Shown: positions 11,858 through 24,292 of the stretch, piece by piece
How the letters are laid out: the number at the start of each line of letters is the position of its first letter
Position numbering within the stretch: the stretch's first letter is position 1
Source of the DNA: Heterodontus francisci
Lineage: Eukaryota
Reading direction: 5' to 3'
Assembly (NCBI RefSeq): GCF_036365525.1
Contig: NC_090393.1
Span: 54,762,488 to 54,826,487, forward strand
DNA length: 64,000 nucleotides
Notes under the pieces: model-generated
Database searches by the model: none
Seen by the model: only the letters and a program-made list of their open reading frames with translations
What the model was told of the DNA's origin: nothing
Made by a program: the position numbers and the translations under genes

Positions 11858-14480
11858 ACTGGAATTCAGCAGTTTAGTCCATGTTTGGACCAAGGCTGTA
11901 ATTAGTTCTAGAGCCAATTGAGTGCCAGTGAGCAGGTTATTGCCAAGTACATACCACTTGACAGCACTGCTGACAACACCTTCCAGCAGCTTGCTGATGA
12001 CTGAGAATAGACTGATAGGGTGGTAATTAACCAGGCTGATTTGCCCAGCTTTTGGTGGACAGGACATACCTGGGCAATTGGTAGATGCCAGTGTTGTGTC
12101 TGGACTGGAACAGCTTGGCTGGAGGTGCAACTAGTTCTGTGGCACAAGCCTTAAGTAATACAGCAGGGATGTTGTTACGGCCCATAGCCATTGTGGTATC
12201 CAGTGCCTTTAGCCATTTCTTGGTAGCAAATGGAATGAATCAAATTGGCTGAAGTCTGCCATCTTTTTATTTTATTCATTTCATGAGGTGTGTCTCTGGC
12301 AAGGGCAGCATTTGTTGCCCATCCCTAATTGCCCTTGAGAAAGTGGTGGCAAGCTTCCTTCTTGAACTGCTACAGTCCATCTGGTGGGGGCACTCACACA
12401 GTGCTATTAGGGATGGAGTTCCAGGATTTTTGTTCAGTGAAAGTGAAGGAACAGCGATATATTTCCAAGTTTGGAAGGAGTGTGGCTTGGAGGGGTGCTT
12501 ACAGATGGTGGTGTTCCCACATGTCTGCTGCCTTTGTACTTCTAGGTGGGAGAGGTGGCGTGTTTGGAAGGTGCTATGGAAGGAGGCATGGGGAGTTGCT
12601 GCAGTGCATTTTGTAAATGGTACATCCTGCTGCCACTGTGCGCTGGCGGTTGAGGGAGTGAATGTTTAAGATGGTGGATGGGGTGTAAATCAAGCATGCT
12701 GCTTTATCCCGGATGGTGCCATGCTTCCTGAGTATTGTTGGAGCCGCACTCATCCATGCAAGTGAAGAGTATACCATCACACTCCTGAATTGTGTCTCAT
12801 AGATGGTGGACAGTCTTTGGGGAGTCAGGAGGTGGGTTACTCACCACAGAAGTCCGAGCCTCTGACCTACTCTTGCAGCCACAGTATTTATGTGACTGCT
12901 CCAGTTCCGTTTCAGGTCAATTGTAACACTGAGGATGCTGATAGCAGGGGATTTTGTGATGGCAATGCCGTTCAAAGTCAAGGGGAGATGATTGGATTCT
13001 CTCTTGTTGGAGATTATTAATGACTGGCACTTCTGTGGTGCAGATGTGCAGATGTTACTTACCATTTATCAGCCCAAGCCTGAATGTTGTCCATGTCTTG
13101 CTGAATAAGGACATGGACTGCATCACTATCTCTGATGGTAGTGGCCTCAGGTAGAGGTTGATATGGATCAGCACTTCATGCTGAAGATTGTTGCAGTGCT
13201 TCAGCTTTGTCTTTGGCATTCTCACGCTGGCTTCTTTCCCCCCTTGAGGATTGGAATAGACATGAAGAATCCTCCTCCCATTCGTTGTCAACTTTGTTTA
13301 CCACCATTCGCGACTGGATTGGGCAGGACTGCAGATTTTGGTCTGACCCATTGATTGTGGGGTTGCTTAATTCTGTCCAAAGCATACTGCTTCTGTTGTT
13401 TAGCTTGCATGTAGTCCTGTGCTTCAGTTTCACCAGTCATACAGCTCACTTTTAAGTATGCCTGGTGTTACCCGTGGCATGTTGCCCAACACTGCTAATT
13501 GAACCCGGATTTAGAGCATGGCCACCCAACCCGAACCCGACCAGAACCGATGATATGTGTCAGGTTTGGGTCGGGTCGTATCTCTCTTCCAGGTCCGGCA
13601 TTGGGGCTCGGGTCGGGTCCGGCTGGGTCGGACATAGTGCTGCCTTTTGCTCAGGGAGGGAAAAGCTTCAAAATTTGAACAGCCAGGACATCAAGGCAGG
13701 AAATCTGCATCTGGGCTCTGCACTAGTCTGCAGTGCATGATTCCATTCAAGGTAGAGCACAACCTCGTTGATATAATCAACTTCATTCCAGCCTTCCTGT
13801 CGTGTCGGGTTGGGTCGGATCAGGCGCAGGAACAAATCAAAGGACTCAGGATGGATCGGATTCGGGTTGGATGTGGTTCTCTCGGGCCCCGGTCGGGTTT
13901 CAATTGCATACCTTTGCAGGCCTTTACCAGGGTTAGCCCTCTCGCCTAATGGTGATAGTAGAGTGTGGCCATGAGATTACAGATTGTGTTTGAATATAAT
14001 TCTGCTGCTTTTGATGTCTCACAGTGCTTCAAGGATGTCCCGTTCTGAGCTTTTAGATCTGTTCTGCTTTATCCCATTTTGTATGGTGCTACTGGCAGGG
14101 AACATGATGGAGGGTTTCCTCAATGTGAAGGCAGGACTTTGTCTTCACAAGGACTGTGTAGTGGTGACTCCTAACAACACTATCATAGACCGATGCATCT
14201 GCAACTGAGAGGCTGATGAGGACTGGCTCAGGTAGGTTTTCCAACATGATTCTTCTCTCACTACCTGCTTCAGACCCAGTGTGGCAGCTATATGCTTCAG
14301 GACTCAGTCAGCTTCATCAGTAGTGGTGCTACTGAGCCACCTTTGGTGCTGGATATTTAGGTCCCTCACCCAGATTATATTCTGAGCACTTGCGACTATC
14401 AGTGCTTCTTCAGGTGGTGTTCAGCATAGAGGAGGACTTATTTATCAGCCGAGGGAGGGCTGTAGGTGATAATCAGCCAT
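11858..14480 (-). mobile_element. Fragmented non-LTR retrotransposon(s), same family as 43791-45400
   Basis: Motifs NYHPISLFSVISKLLEG, LITALVQTWTK, SSLAWMSAAPT, SPAISILSVTIDLKRNWSSHIN; (ATGA)n-type tail at ~12265-12285. Confidence 0.8.
13512..13926. mobile_element. hAT-type MITE nested in the LINE
   Basis: Imperfect TIRs TAGAGCATG.../...GCAGGCCTTTA; 8-bp TSD-like CCCGGATT (13504-13511) / CCAGGGTT (13927-13934); many ACCCGA/TCGGGT subterminal motifs. Confidence 0.6.
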
Positions 14481-15894
14481 AAGAATTTATGGAGCCGAAA
14501 TTATTTTAAGGACTCCCAGGTTCAGTCCTTCCCAAGCATATACCAATGCGCCTTCACCTCTGGTGAGTCTGGACGGACTTTTATGTTGGGCAGGAGGTCC
14601 CGCCCACCGGCCAAAAGTTCGAGGATGGGCCCACCTCTGCTGGGCCTGTGGGCCACGCCAGGATTTTACACTCCCCAGGCTCTTACTTGCCGCTGCTACC
14701 CCTCATAAAATTGCAGTGCCCATTTAGAACAGAGATGAGGAGAAAGTTTTTCTCTCAGAGGGTCGTAAGTCTTTGGAACTCTCATCCTCCAAAGGCGGTG
14801 GAAGAGGTACTTAGAATGGTGATAAACAAGGGGGTGAAAGGTTATTGGTGGTAGGCAGGAATGGGAAGTTGAGGTTACAATCAGATTAGCCATGATCTTG
14901 TTGACTGGCGGAGGAGGCACGAGCGGCCAGGTCGTCTACTGCAGCACCGAATTCGTTTGTTCGGATGTTCGGATGTCATCCCTGTGTCATATGTTACAGC
15001 ACCAGCAGGTGGCAATCTTGCACCACATTTATTTGGTACACAAATGTCAATGGCATCTCAGACATTTCTTATGAGTAAAGATAAGAATATTTTGTGATTA
15101 AATATATCACATTTTATCAAAATATTAACAACTTAAAGATATTTGTCTCTCAATTAGCCACAATTATTTACATCAAACCTTTGATACTTCCGAAATTGTC
15201 TTTAATATTTCCCGTTGCTTGGGTTTGGCTTGCAAAATGCGAACAATATAAATGAATCCTTGCAAAGCAGAGCAAGCACAGAACGATCGCGGATGTCATC
15301 CATCTGTGCAGTTGCCTTGTCAGCAAACGCAGCCCATCTAAACCTCTGGCTCTCAAACAGAGCTCCCCAGACCCCTGGGGTCCGCAGTGACCTTCTGTGC
15401 TGTCCGTGTGCGGGACAACCTTATAGTTGGACGGCTGTCCAGGGCACCGTAACCAAGGGTATGCAAGTGAACGGCGATCGCAGCCGTGCTCTGCTGCATC
15501 GTGCTCCTCTAGTGTTTTTTTCCGTGATCTGCTTCCCCCGTGATGCGATTCCCGCCATTCTCCTGCTCTCTCCGAGCTGCTGCCAATATTAGACAGACTA
15601 TGCAGTGAGAAGCAGGCACTCCCATTGCACTGTTATCTATAAGTAAATACCGGTCTTCTAAAAACCGTTCTTAAAAACAATTTTTACATGCATCACTTTC
15701 ATATTTTGAGCTTTACATAGTATTATAATTGGGGCTGGGTGGGTGGCATGATTACTAATCTATTAATCCATCAAAAGGAGTCCTTTAGTGAAAAAGATTT
15801 GAGAACCACTGGACTAGAGAAACTGGGGCTTCTCTCAGAGTAGAGCACGTTAAAGAGAGATTTGTTCGAGGTGTTCTTGAAGGAACAGAAAAGC

Positions 15895-18600
15895 AAAATA
15901 GTGAGAATACTACAAATCTGAAATAGAAACAGAAAATGCTGGAAATACTCAGCAGGTCTGCCAGCATCTGTGGAGAGAGGAACAGAGTTAACTTTTCATG
16001 TCGATGACCCTTCACTAGAACTGGTAAACGTTATAAATGTAAAAGATTAAAAGTAGTACAAATGCGGGAGGGTGGAAATAGAACAAAATGGAAGGTCTGT
16101 GATAGGGTGGAAGTTGGAAGACATTGAATGACAAAGGAGTTGGTGAGGCAGAGTGAAAGGGAGTAGTAATGGCACAAGTAAAGAAACAAAATATGTGTCC
16201 AGAAGTGGTGTGAATGGCAGCATAATGAACAGCTGCAATCCAAAAGCAAAAACAAGAGAAAACGTGCGAAAAACAAGATAGTCGAAACATGCAAAGAAAA
16301 TGTATTAAAATGTGGGCAGAGATTAGTGTCTGGAATTGTTGAACTCAGTATTGAGTCCAGAGGGCTGTCGAGTGACTAATCAAAAGATGAGGTACTGCTC
16401 CTCAAAATTACGTTGAGCTTCATTGGAACACTGCAGTAGGCCGAGGACAGAGATGTCAGCGTGAGAACATGATGGAGAATTAAAGTGGCAGGTCACTGGA
16501 AGCTTGGGGTCATGCTTGTGGCTGACCAGAGGTGTTCCACAAATTGTTCACCCAATCTGCATTTATTCTCCTTAATGTAGAGCAGATTCCATTGCGAGCA
16601 GCATAAACCGTGGATAGGTTACTAGGCTGCTTCCCCTCGCAGGCGTGTTTGAGGCCTTGGACAGTGAGACGAGATGAAGCAATGGAGCAGGTCTTGCATC
16701 TCCCGTGCTTGCATGGAAGGGGACAGAGTGTTGGGTGTGAGAGAGGAGTGGAGCAGGATTTCACGGAGGGAATGTTCCCTCCAGAATGCTGAATGGGGAG
16801 GGGAGCGAAAATGTGTTTGATGGTGGCATCAAGCTGGATGTGACAGAAATGGTGGAGGATGATCCATTGAATGTAGAAGCTGGTGGGGTAGAAGGTGAGG
16901 ACAAGGAGAACCCTGTTGTGGCTCTGGGAGGGACGGGAAGGGTTGACAGCCGAAGTGTGCGATGTGGGTCAGACATGGTTGAGGGCTATGTCAGCCACGT
17001 TGGGAGGTGGGGAGTTGCGGGGATAGAATCCTTGGTTCAGGAAGAAGGGAGACATATCAGAAGCGCTGGTGTGGAAGGTTGCAGCATCAGAATAGAGATG
17101 GAGAAACTGGGAGAATGGAATGGAGTCCGTACAGGAACTAATGTGAGTAAGTGTAGTTGAGGCAGCTGAGCCAGTCAGTGGGCTTATTATGACTATTTGT
17201 TTATCACCCAACACTATAAATGAAAACGGAGAGGCACCGGATGAGAAGCGGGGTTGGAGATTGATCATGAGAAGGTGAGAGAAGGGCAGAAATTGGAATC
17301 AAAGTTGATAAACATTTCCAGTTCAGAGCGAGAGCAGGGAATGACACTGATACATTCATCAATGTACTGGAAATAGAGTTGAGGGACGGGGTACAAGGAA
17401 TATTCCACATTTTCCACAAAAAGGCGGGCATAGCTAGGACCTATGTGGGTAGCCATAGCAACACCTTTTATCTGGAGGAAGTGAGATGAGTTAAAGAATA
17501 ATTTATTCAATGTGAGAACAAGTTCAAACGGGCATAAATGTATGGTGGTGGATGGAAACTAGTTGCACCTCCATTCAAAGAAGAAGTGGAGAGCCCTCAA
17601 ACCATCCTGGTGGGGGATGGAGGTGTGGAGAGATTGGACGTCCATGGTGAAGAGAAGATGGTTATGGCCGGGAAATTGGAAACTGTTGAAGTGACAGTGG
17701 GCATCAGAAGAGTCACGGATGTAGGTAGGAAAGACTGGACAAGGGAAGAAAAAAATAGATCCGAGAGGAAGAAATCAGTTCAGTAGGGCAGGAACAGGTT
17801 GAAGCAATATGTCTCTTTGGGTAGTCCTGTGTGTGGATCCTGGGAAGCAGGTGGACGTGGGCTGTTAGGGGTTGAGGAACTATGAGGTTCGAAGCTGTGG
17901 AGGGATGATCTCCAGTCGTGGAAATAATGGTTTGCTGTTTGGTGCTGTGGTATAGTCCAGGGGGAGGTAGGAGGAAGTGTCAGAGAGTTGGTGTTCAGCA
18001 TCTGCAAGGTAGAGGTCAGTTTGTCAGTCAACAATAGCACCATTCATGTCAGCAGCTTTGATAATGATGTTAGGGTTGGATCTGAGAGAACAGAATGTAG
18101 TCAGTTCAGAGGGAGATAGGTTACAGTAAGAGTGGGGAGCAGAGAAATTGAGACGGCTAATGTGAGGTTGCATTTCGCAACGAAAAGATCAAGAGAGATA
18201 AGAGGCAGGGGAGGAGGGGGTGGGGGGGGGGTGGTTGGTGGGTGTTGCTAGGTGGAGGGAGAATACTGGAAATGGGTAAACTGGTTTGATGTGTGAAGGG
18301 AGGACTCCTGGCCAAAGAAGTCGGCGCAGAGGCAAAGACAATGGAAAAAGAGCTCAACATGGTGCCGAGATCAAAATTCTTTGAGATAGGCCGTAAGGAA
18401 ATAAAGCTGAATCCTTTACGAAGAACAGATTGTTCAGGGTCAAGGTGGGGAATGTGGGAAGTTATTGTGAATACACGGCAAGAGGTGCGATTAGAAGAAG
18501 GGATGTAGTCAGAAGGAAGTGAAGGGGAGAAAGATCTGGAGGGGCATTCGTACCCCTGAGTTGTTTGAGCCTGCGATCTTTAACAACTGACATGAAGATA
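15895..18600 (-). mobile_element. Penelope-like retroelement (RT + GIY-YIG endonuclease, degenerate) with 3' terminal repeat
   Basis: FLQIKGVAMATHIGPSYARLFV and FQYIDE (PLE RT motifs); PCKHGRCKTC before the GIY-YIG domain; terminal repeat shared with 27510, 28625, 29480 and 40368. Confidence 0.85.
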
Positions 18601-19409
18601 AAAACATTTCTTGAAGGAATTTGATAGAGTAAATAAGCAGAAAGTCTTTCCAGTGGCAGAGGGTTCGGCAACCGGAGGTCACAGATTTAAGGTAATTTGG
18701 GAAAAGAACAGAAGAGCAAGGAGGAAAACAAAGTCACGCCAGTTGTTTTGATCTGGAATACATCAGCTGAAATGTTGGTGGGAGAAGATTTAATAATAAC
18801 TTTCGAAAGGGAATTTGACAATCACTTGAAGGTGGGAAATATAGAGGGTTCTGGAGAAAGACGAGGACAGTGGATCTAATTTGATGGCTGCTTCACAGAG
18901 CCGACATAGGTGCTATGGGCCGATTGGCCTCCTTCTGTGCTGTTTCATTCCATGAATCTATGTACTATCTGAGACACTATCTGCAACCACGACGGCCTGT
19001 GCTCTCAGTGTACTGATTAGATCGTTATTTCTTGATCTCTCTGTGCCTTTCAGTTGGACAATGAGAATGGAATTTCGCACAACAGTGACATCGCACAGAT
19101 GATTTCACTTTGCCGTTTTTCATAACTATCACAAGTCTAATGAACAACTGTAAAATTTGACTCATTTACCCTTCATTTTTCAATTCATTGACATGACATT
19201 CTAAACCTCACCGTTTCCTGTGACACAAATAACTTGCCCGGATCCATTAATAAAACATCTTGCGGAAAGCACCATTTCCTCGTCCACATTTTTCTCACAA
19301 AGTTTAACTCACCAAGACTTCCCAAGAAGTGCACTATTGGCACCTCATTGCAGGGCAAGATAAAAATAAAACATTTCGATGTGTTTGTTAAACCTTCATT
19401 CATTTCCAT

Positions 19410-19453
19410 GATCGATCGATCGATCGATCGATCGATCTATCTATCTATCTATC
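19410..19453. repeat. Compound microsatellite (GATC)n(TATC)n
   Basis: Directly visible. Confidence 0.95.
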
Positions 19454-19499
19454 TCTGATGTCAACAGGGACAGTGCCCAATTTCTTTAATTCCTTGCTG

Positions 19500-19770
19500 C
19501 AAACTTGTGTGGAGTTTGCAAGTTCTCCCTGTGTCTGCGTGGGTTTTCTCCGGGTGCTCGGGTTTCCTCCCACAAGCCAAAAGACTTGCAGGTTGGTAGG
19601 TAAATTGGCCGTTATAAATTGCCACTAGTATAGGTAGGTGGTAGGGAAATATAGGGACAGGTGGGGATGTGGTAGGAAAATGGGATTAGTGTGGGATTAG
19701 TTGATGGTCGGCACAGACTCGGTGGGCTGAAGGGCCTGTTTCAGTGCTGTATCTCTAAACTAAACAAATC
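19500..19770 (+). mobile_element. 5'-truncated tRNA-derived V-SINE (HE1-like) with CR1-type tail
   Basis: V-domain core TGTGTGGAGTTTGCAAGTTCTCCCTGTGTCTGCGTGGGTTTT...GGTTTCCTCCCAC; tail GGGCTGAAGGGCCTGTTTCAGTGCTGTATCTCTAAA. Confidence 0.85.
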
Positions 19771-20051
19771 AAATCTCAACTCATACATTGCTTATCCAAT
19801 GCGCTCTTCCCGAGGTCCATAGAGCTATTAAAGCATTTACTATGCTCAAGTTTTCCTCTATTATAACCTTTACCCTTCTAAAACCCAAACCTAATCGCTA
19901 TTCCATGTCTCGCTGCGCCGTGTATTTTGCCGTTTTCAATCATTCTCCAGTTGGATCCGATCTCATTGACGTTTTGTTTCTCTTTTTCTAAAATGACTGA
20001 CATGCGCGTAATTCAAATATCAGTCAACGCAGGGCATGGGATCCCGTGACC

Positions 20052-20100
20052 TGATTTACATGAATGGAAATTTGCATGTAAATTTAATATTCAATGACGT
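20052..20100 (+). promoter_or_regulatory. Ig light-chain V promoter: octamer ATTTGCAT (20070-20077) with flanking octamer variants and a CRE half-site
   Basis: Perfect octamer in light-chain orientation ~120 nt upstream of the ATG; TGATTTACAT 20052-20061; overlapping ATGTAAAT 20076-20083; TGACGT 20095-20100. Same octamer position in gene 2. Confidence 0.85.
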
Positions 20101-20198
20101 TGCGAAGGTTGAAACTTTTTAAGGAGGTTTAGAAAGAGCCCAGAACCACATTCGTGTCAGGAACTATCCTCCATCAGACCCTCACTAGAACCTTCACC

Positions 20199-20247
20199 AT
20201 GACTGAATGGGTTCAAGTTCTTGCCGCACTGATGCTCTGTCTCCACA
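20199..20247 (+). CDS. Ig light chain gene 1 leader exon
   Basis: Kozak-like CACCATG, hydrophobic MTEWVQVLAALMLCLH, donor A|GTAAGT. Confidence 0.92.
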
Positions 20248-23200
20248 GTAAGTACCGGCGTTAACCTTCATTATCGCTGCTGTTTGCATTGCTCGGAATT
20301 TTTTTTTTAGAGATTGTGTTTAACAGACCTGAATTAGCAACAATATTCACAATTGCAGAGTTTGACTGATCAATAACTTGTTATTTCACCAGGTACAAAC
20401 GCGGATCCTGTCCTGACTCAGCCAGCATCCATCTCAACCACACCGGGGAGCACCGTCAAGATCACCTGCACCATGTCCGGAGGCAGCATCGGCAGCTACT
20501 ACACGAGCTGGTACTGGCAGAAACCCGGCAGTGCCCCTGTATTGGTTTGGTCCGAGAGCTACGATACGGCTTCGGGGATTCCAGATCGATTTACCGGGTC
20601 TGTGGAGTCATCGAGTAACAAGTTGCTTTTAACCATCACCAATGTGCAGACGGAGGACGCCGCCGATTATTACTGTGCTGCCGCGAGTAGCGGTGCATAC
20701 ATTTTCGGGAGAGGAACCAAGCTGAACCTGGACAGTAAGTAAATTATTTCTACTGAGCTTTAACATTTTCAGCGTTAACATCGAAATATTAAAAATCACT
20801 TTAAAATCACTGGCTTGGTAGATTGGATGAGAGCAAATCAGGACTATTTCTCTTATAACATATTTATACAGAGCTTGTGAATCAGCGTCCGGTGACATTT
20901 AAAAGAGGCATAACTGCGCCCAATTTTGCGCAGGGTTTTCAGGTTGTAAGAGAGGACAGAGGCAATTTTTTAAGATGATACCAGTGCTGCAAGGTTTTAG
21001 TTACAAGAGAACGAGAGTGAAGCTCGGTCTACTGGAAGTTTACGGGATCATCTGCTAGAAATGAGCATAGTTCTGAGCAAAATGAAAACAGATATTTTCA
21101 CTGATCGGTAACCTGAGGACATCAATTGAATGTCCTTGGTAGAAGGGCGAAGGGACTGGATAGGATATTTTCTTTACCCAGTGGAGTGTTAGGACTGCAG
21201 TGTCCTACCTCAAAGAATGGGGCGAGCAGAATCAGACTACCGTTTAAAAAGAAAGTGGATAAAACTTTGACAAAGGAAAAACAAATGGATGGGAAAAGGA
21301 CTAAGTGGGCGCCTTTCAAAGGTTGCGATTGGCCTGTTTCTGGCTATGATTCCTGAATCCAACAGGGTCTTTGAGATCGGAATACCGCGGCCCTTTTCTG
21401 CACAAAAGGCATAAACACAAATTCAAAACTTTCATTCTACTGGGAGTGGTACCGGAATTTAATCATCATTCTTGGATTGAGACTGCGGAAGGATAGTGTG
21501 GCGACTTGCTGTAAGTCACTCTCACTCGTCTCCAAACTCAGTGAAAACCGCTCAGTACATGATCCTCAGTCCGACATTTCGCATTAATCCCCGCTGACTA
21601 TAGTAATCACACTGATGAGCTCAGTTCAGCTGGTGGTAACCACCCACACTGATCGATTTTCTGCATTCCGCAATAACAAACACCAATAATTGACATGATG
21701 CCTATTTTCTTAACAAGTCAGGGGCTCATTATCTTCCCGCCCAATCAATTGTGTAGCGATGTCTCGGAACCAGAATCAGATTCTTCCTGCTGCTCTTGTG
21801 CTCTCAATTGCGCTTTGCTGTAGGTTCTGTGGTTAGTGTGAGAGGAGTAATATGGAAAATGCACATACTCTATCGTTATTTTGACTTGGTTATTCGGTGG
21901 CATCACAGCAAAATGGGCGAAAATGAGATATGAAACAGAACATGCGACAGAATATTTTCAATTATTCCTTTTCAAAACGATCGCTGCTACTAACTTTATC
22001 GTTCGTTGTTTACTTGCTTGCTCTCGCCATAATCCTAAAGGTCCAGAGGCATCTCTCCCCATTAGAGAGACAGTTGGTGATACATAGTTTGAGGATCACC
22101 ACTCCTCAAGTTTGGGACAAGCCTCCATGAGCTAACACAGCCGGTAAAGGGATTGAGCCCACGCTGTTGGGGTCTTTCTGTCTCATATTCTAGCCGTCCA
22201 CCCAGCTGACGCTCAGTTCGCTGCAAAACTCTTGTATTTAGACAATAATATAAACTGATGGTAAAACCTGTGCAATAATCCCACGAGATTTCAGATATTT
22301 CAGTATCTGAATTTTCAGCTAAACTCTGGGTGAGGCCTGGAGATTATACAAACTCTGACAACAGGGGTTGGAGGCACTTGTCAGACTAATCGCAGTTTCA
22401 GTCTCCAAATTAATAACGTTAGGAAAGTGAGGCGAAGTTGTCGGTTCCAAGGCGAAACTCTCAGAATGACAATAGATTGTTAAACCGTCACGGTCACATC
22501 TAGTGCTGGTGAGACGCGCCGATGTAGCTGACATCACACCTCAATATCAGAACCAATTGTAGAGGCTCGGCCTCTCATTTTAGTATTGAAAAAAGTAGTG
22601 TTTCAACCCTTTCTTCATTTCTTCACATTACATAAACCATTTTACCGAGGGTTTGTCATTGGCAGCTGGTGCTTGTAATACATGGTGCGAAGGGTTATTT
22701 AAAAAATGAGATTCTGAGAGTTCGGCTTTAATCTTCTTACACTTGGTAATATTTCGTTGTTGCTATCATGGGAATATTTCGATTGAAGAATAAGAAAAAA
22801 AAAGAACGAGCTTGCATTGTTAGGCCTCCTTCCACGACCTCAGGACATCTGAGCGCACTTCATAGCTAATTTCGTGCTTTTTAAAGGACAGTCACCCTTT
22901 GTAATGTATGAAACTCGGCAGCTTATTTGCGCAAAGTCCCACAAACATCACAGGACAGATAATCTGTTGTAACGATGTTAGTTGAGGGATGAATATAAAC
23001 CAGGTCAGGTTGGCTTTATTACTTGCAGATTGAGGTTATATTATTAGACAATATAGATATAATAGTTCACAATAACAGATGTTATTTAGAGGAAACAGTT
23101 TCCGTTTAGTGAAAACGTATGAATTGTGACACACTGACCCCAAAGAAGTCCCCAAACAGCGTAATTAGAATGTGATAGAACAGTCTTCTGAGGTTTTAGG

Positions 23201-24073
23201 CAATAGAGTCACCGTCGGACGAGCGGGAAACCTCGTGGCAGCGAGAAAGGAGCAAAGCGACAGAAATCCAAATATTAGTCCAAGATTCACTTCCGTCAAA
23301 GCAAGTGCAAATTCGAAATTATTTAATAGTTGGTTTAACAGTCAATTTTTTCAAAGTCGAATGTTGGGCGTTAAATGTTAAATAGTCTTTGTTGTCAGCA
23401 TTGCCTTCAATATAAATCCTAATTCTGATTTATTGCTTACTACGATTCTTTTAAATCTTTATATTATTTTCTGAGCTCATTATTTTGGTTAGATTCAATT
23501 TCCTCTTAAGAATTTGTATGTGTTCCTTGCCTTAAGGAAAAGTAGGGATCTTTTCTCAGGTTATATATTTCCCGGGACTGTTGGCCCCAGCTTTTCGACG
23601 GTTGACACGAAAGGGGTTCCGTTCTGTTAAATTCCTAATAGCTTTTTAACCTGTCATCTAATTTTAAAAGTTTTGGACAATGTAAAACATTGATTCCGAC
23701 TTTTATGTGGATGAAGAATGGATCTACTTCAATTTATTTCTGATTTTCAGATCCACGGGTCCCCTCGGTTTCCGTCCTTCCGCCTTCATCAGATCAAATC
23801 ACAACAAAGAACACGGCGACCCTGGTGTGTTTGGTGAGCGGTTTTAACCCGGGAGCTGTGGAGATTGAGTGGACTGTAGATGACAGTGTGAGAGGGAATG
23901 GCGTTGAGACCAGTCGGATCCAGCAGGAGACGGACAACACGTTCAGTGTGAGCAGTTATCTGACTCTGCCAGCCTCAGAGTGGAACTCACACGAGCTTTA
24001 CTCCTGTGTGGTTAAACATGAGACTCAGGCAAACCCGCTTAAAACAAGTATCTCGAGGTCCAGTTGTATCTGA
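20199..24073 (+). CDS. IgL: Immunoglobulin light chain, elasmobranch type II/lambda, germline-joined VJ; exons 20199-20247, 20393-20734, 23751-24073
   Basis: All three exons splice in phase 1 with GT/AG: MTEWVQVLAALMLCLHSTNA-DPVLTQPASISTTPGSTVKITC...WYWQKPGSAP...DYYCAAASSGAYIFGRGTKLNLDN-PRVPSVSVLPPSSDQITTKNTATLVC...YSCVVKHETQANPLKTSISRSSCI*. Close to known shark lambda-like chains (recalled, not searched). Confidence 0.96.
20393..20734 (+). CDS. Ig light chain gene 1 fused V-J exon
   Basis: Acceptor TTTCACCAG|; conserved C, W, DYYC and FGRGTKL in one frame; donor A|GTAAGT; no heptamer/nonamer between V and J. Confidence 0.96.
23751..24073 (+). CDS. Ig light chain gene 1 constant exon
   Basis: Acceptor TGATTTTCAG|; C1-set domain ATLVCLVSGF...IEW...FSVSSYLTL...YSCVVKHE; penultimate Cys for the H-L disulfide. 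Confidence 0.96.
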
Positions 24074-24286
24074 TTCAAAATCTTATGTATTGATTTGTTA
24101 TTCCAGCAGCAAAGTTTCTTTACAAATATATTCCGCAAACGGCCATTACATGCTTGTTTTTAAGTGGAACATTTCAAATCAGAACAGTTGTGCAGGTTAT
24201 CCGGTGGATTCCGCTGTCTGTATTTTACAGTGTGTTCACCCTGAACTGATCAAAGTTTCAGTGTAACCTCACAAACATCACAGTTT

Positions 24287-24292
24287 AATAAA
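24287..24292 (+). terminator. Polyadenylation signal of gene 1
   Basis: AATAAA ~215 nt after the stop, followed by a GT-rich element (GTGTGTTGTTATTGTTCTGTG). Confidence 0.75.

Noticed and set aside
20671-20677. TACTGTG cryptic heptamer at the 3' end of V (V-replacement signal)
   Set aside because: Dictated by the Tyr-Cys codons, not conserved in gene 2 (TATTGTG), and there is no RSS-bearing donor V in the window.
20199-24073. Possibility that the joined VJ genes are processed retrocopies or T-cell receptor genes
   Set aside because: Leader and J-C introns and the promoter octamer are present; the single C exon ends in SSCI* with no transmembrane exon.
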